Below the pieces are notes generated by a model. The model saw only the letters and a list, made by a program, of their open reading frames with translations. It did no database searches and was not told the origin of the DNA. Positions 63,487 through 64,000 of a stretch of DNA of 64,000 bases are shown piece after piece (positions within the stretch are counted from its first letter, which is position 1; each line of letters opens with the position of its first letter). The stretch comes from Mycobacteriales bacterium (lineage in GTDB: Bacteria; Actinomycetota; Actinomycetes; Mycobacteriales; SCTD01), in NCBI GenBank assembly GCA_030697205.1, contig JAUYQP010000015.1, positions 67,093 through 131,092 on the forward strand, read 5' to 3'. The position numbers and the translations under genes are program-made.

Positions 63487-64000
63487 CGGGCAGCCAGACG
63501 AGCACCGATCCCGTGACCGACGAGACCGTCCTCCCCGTGCAGCCCGACGGCAGCGACGAGCCGCCCACGCAAGCCCCGGTGGAGACCCGCAGCGAGCGCC
63601 AGCTCGCCGACCGCGCGCGCGCCCGCGAGCAGTTCGCCGAGCTCGCCGCACTCGAGCCCGACGACTCGCGCCGTGCCCGCATCCGCGACGAGCTGGTCGA
63701 GGCCCACCTGCCGCTGGTGGAGTACCTCGCCCGCCGCTTCCGCAACCGCGGCGAGCCGCTCGACGACCTCATCCAGGTGGCGACGATCGGCCTGATCAAG
63801 TCGGTCGACCGCTTCGACCTCGAGCGGGGGGTGGAGTTCTCGACGTACGCCACTCCGACCATCGTCGGCGAGATCAAGCGGCACTTCCGCGACAAGGGCT
63901 GGGCGATCCGCGTCCCGCGACGCCTGCAGGAGCTCAAGCTCAGCCTGAGCAAGGCGACCTCCGAGCTGTCGCAGAAGAACGGCCGCTCCCCCACCGTCGC
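63483..64000 (+). CDS. SigB/SigF-type (group 3) sigma factor, 3'-truncated by the window end
   Basis: Hand-translated: ..LVEYLARRFRNRGEPLDDLIQVATIGLIKSVDRFDLERGVEFSTYATPTIVGEIKRHFRDKGWAIRVPRRLQEL (regions 2.1-2.4/3); absent from the ORF track because no stop lies in the window. Confidence 0.9.
   Translation, partial: MTGSQTSTDPVTDETVLPVQPDGSDEPPTQAPVETRSERQLADRARAREQFAELAALEPDDSRRARIRDELVEAHLPLVEYLARRFRNRGEPLDDLIQVATIGLIKSVDRFDLERGVEFSTYATPTIVGEIKRHFRDKGWAIRVPRRLQELKLSLSKATSELSQKNGRSPTV

Overview
This is a very GC-rich chromosomal segment (third codon positions are almost all G/C) from an Actinomycetota genome. About 70 genes can be supported. All calls were made by eye from motifs and remembered families; no searches were run. 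The minus-strand core (9.1-31.0 kb) is the classic actinobacterial block argS-lysA-hom-thrC-thrB-rho-rpmE-prfA-prmC-sua5-(LMW-PTP)-wecA-atpI/Z-atpBEFHAGDC-DUF2550. It is followed by a PduO-type adenosyltransferase and murA. From memory, this is the same order as M. tuberculosis Rv1292-Rv1315. The left flank holds a MoxR ATPase, a MeaA-like B12 acyl-CoA mutase, a metzincin, a STAS protein and an ECF sigma factor with a membrane partner. Right of tRNA-Arg(CCG) at 32.35 kb lies a roughly 13 kb stretch that looks more variable. It carries TetR and a PhyH-type dioxygenase, a polytopic membrane protein, an ABC-2 exporter, a SnoaL-like protein, a lipoyl-less E2-type acyltransferase, two secreted peptidases, an OmpR/HK pair and two gene relics (a ppc 3' stub and an SDR with its catalytic core deleted). 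After that come kgd, a rhomboid, an MDR oxidoreductase, malic enzyme, rmlC, a PQQ-like lipoprotein, and a BNR/Asp-box propeller coupled to a MoaD/ThiS-like Gly-Gly protein. The window ends with VapBC, SodX/SodN (Ni-SOD), a histidine phosphatase, a GNAT, a Zn-ADH, a crcB pair, a TAT/LPXTG metallophosphoesterase, and an anti-sigma factor plus a SigB/F-type sigma cut by the window end. I saw no transposase, integrase, CRISPR array, rRNA or recognisable defence system. Most long ORFs in the track that lie opposite these genes are GC-driven mirror ORFs. The most noteworthy items are: an 80-codon mini-ORF inserted exactly into the lysA/hom stop-start junction and bounded by identical 12-mers; a palindromic intergenic element present twice (8.2 kb and 49.9 kb); a composite repeat/palindrome between the phosphoesterase and crcB genes; the propeller-Ubl gene pair; and the two gene relics. 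None of these is proven to be a new system.
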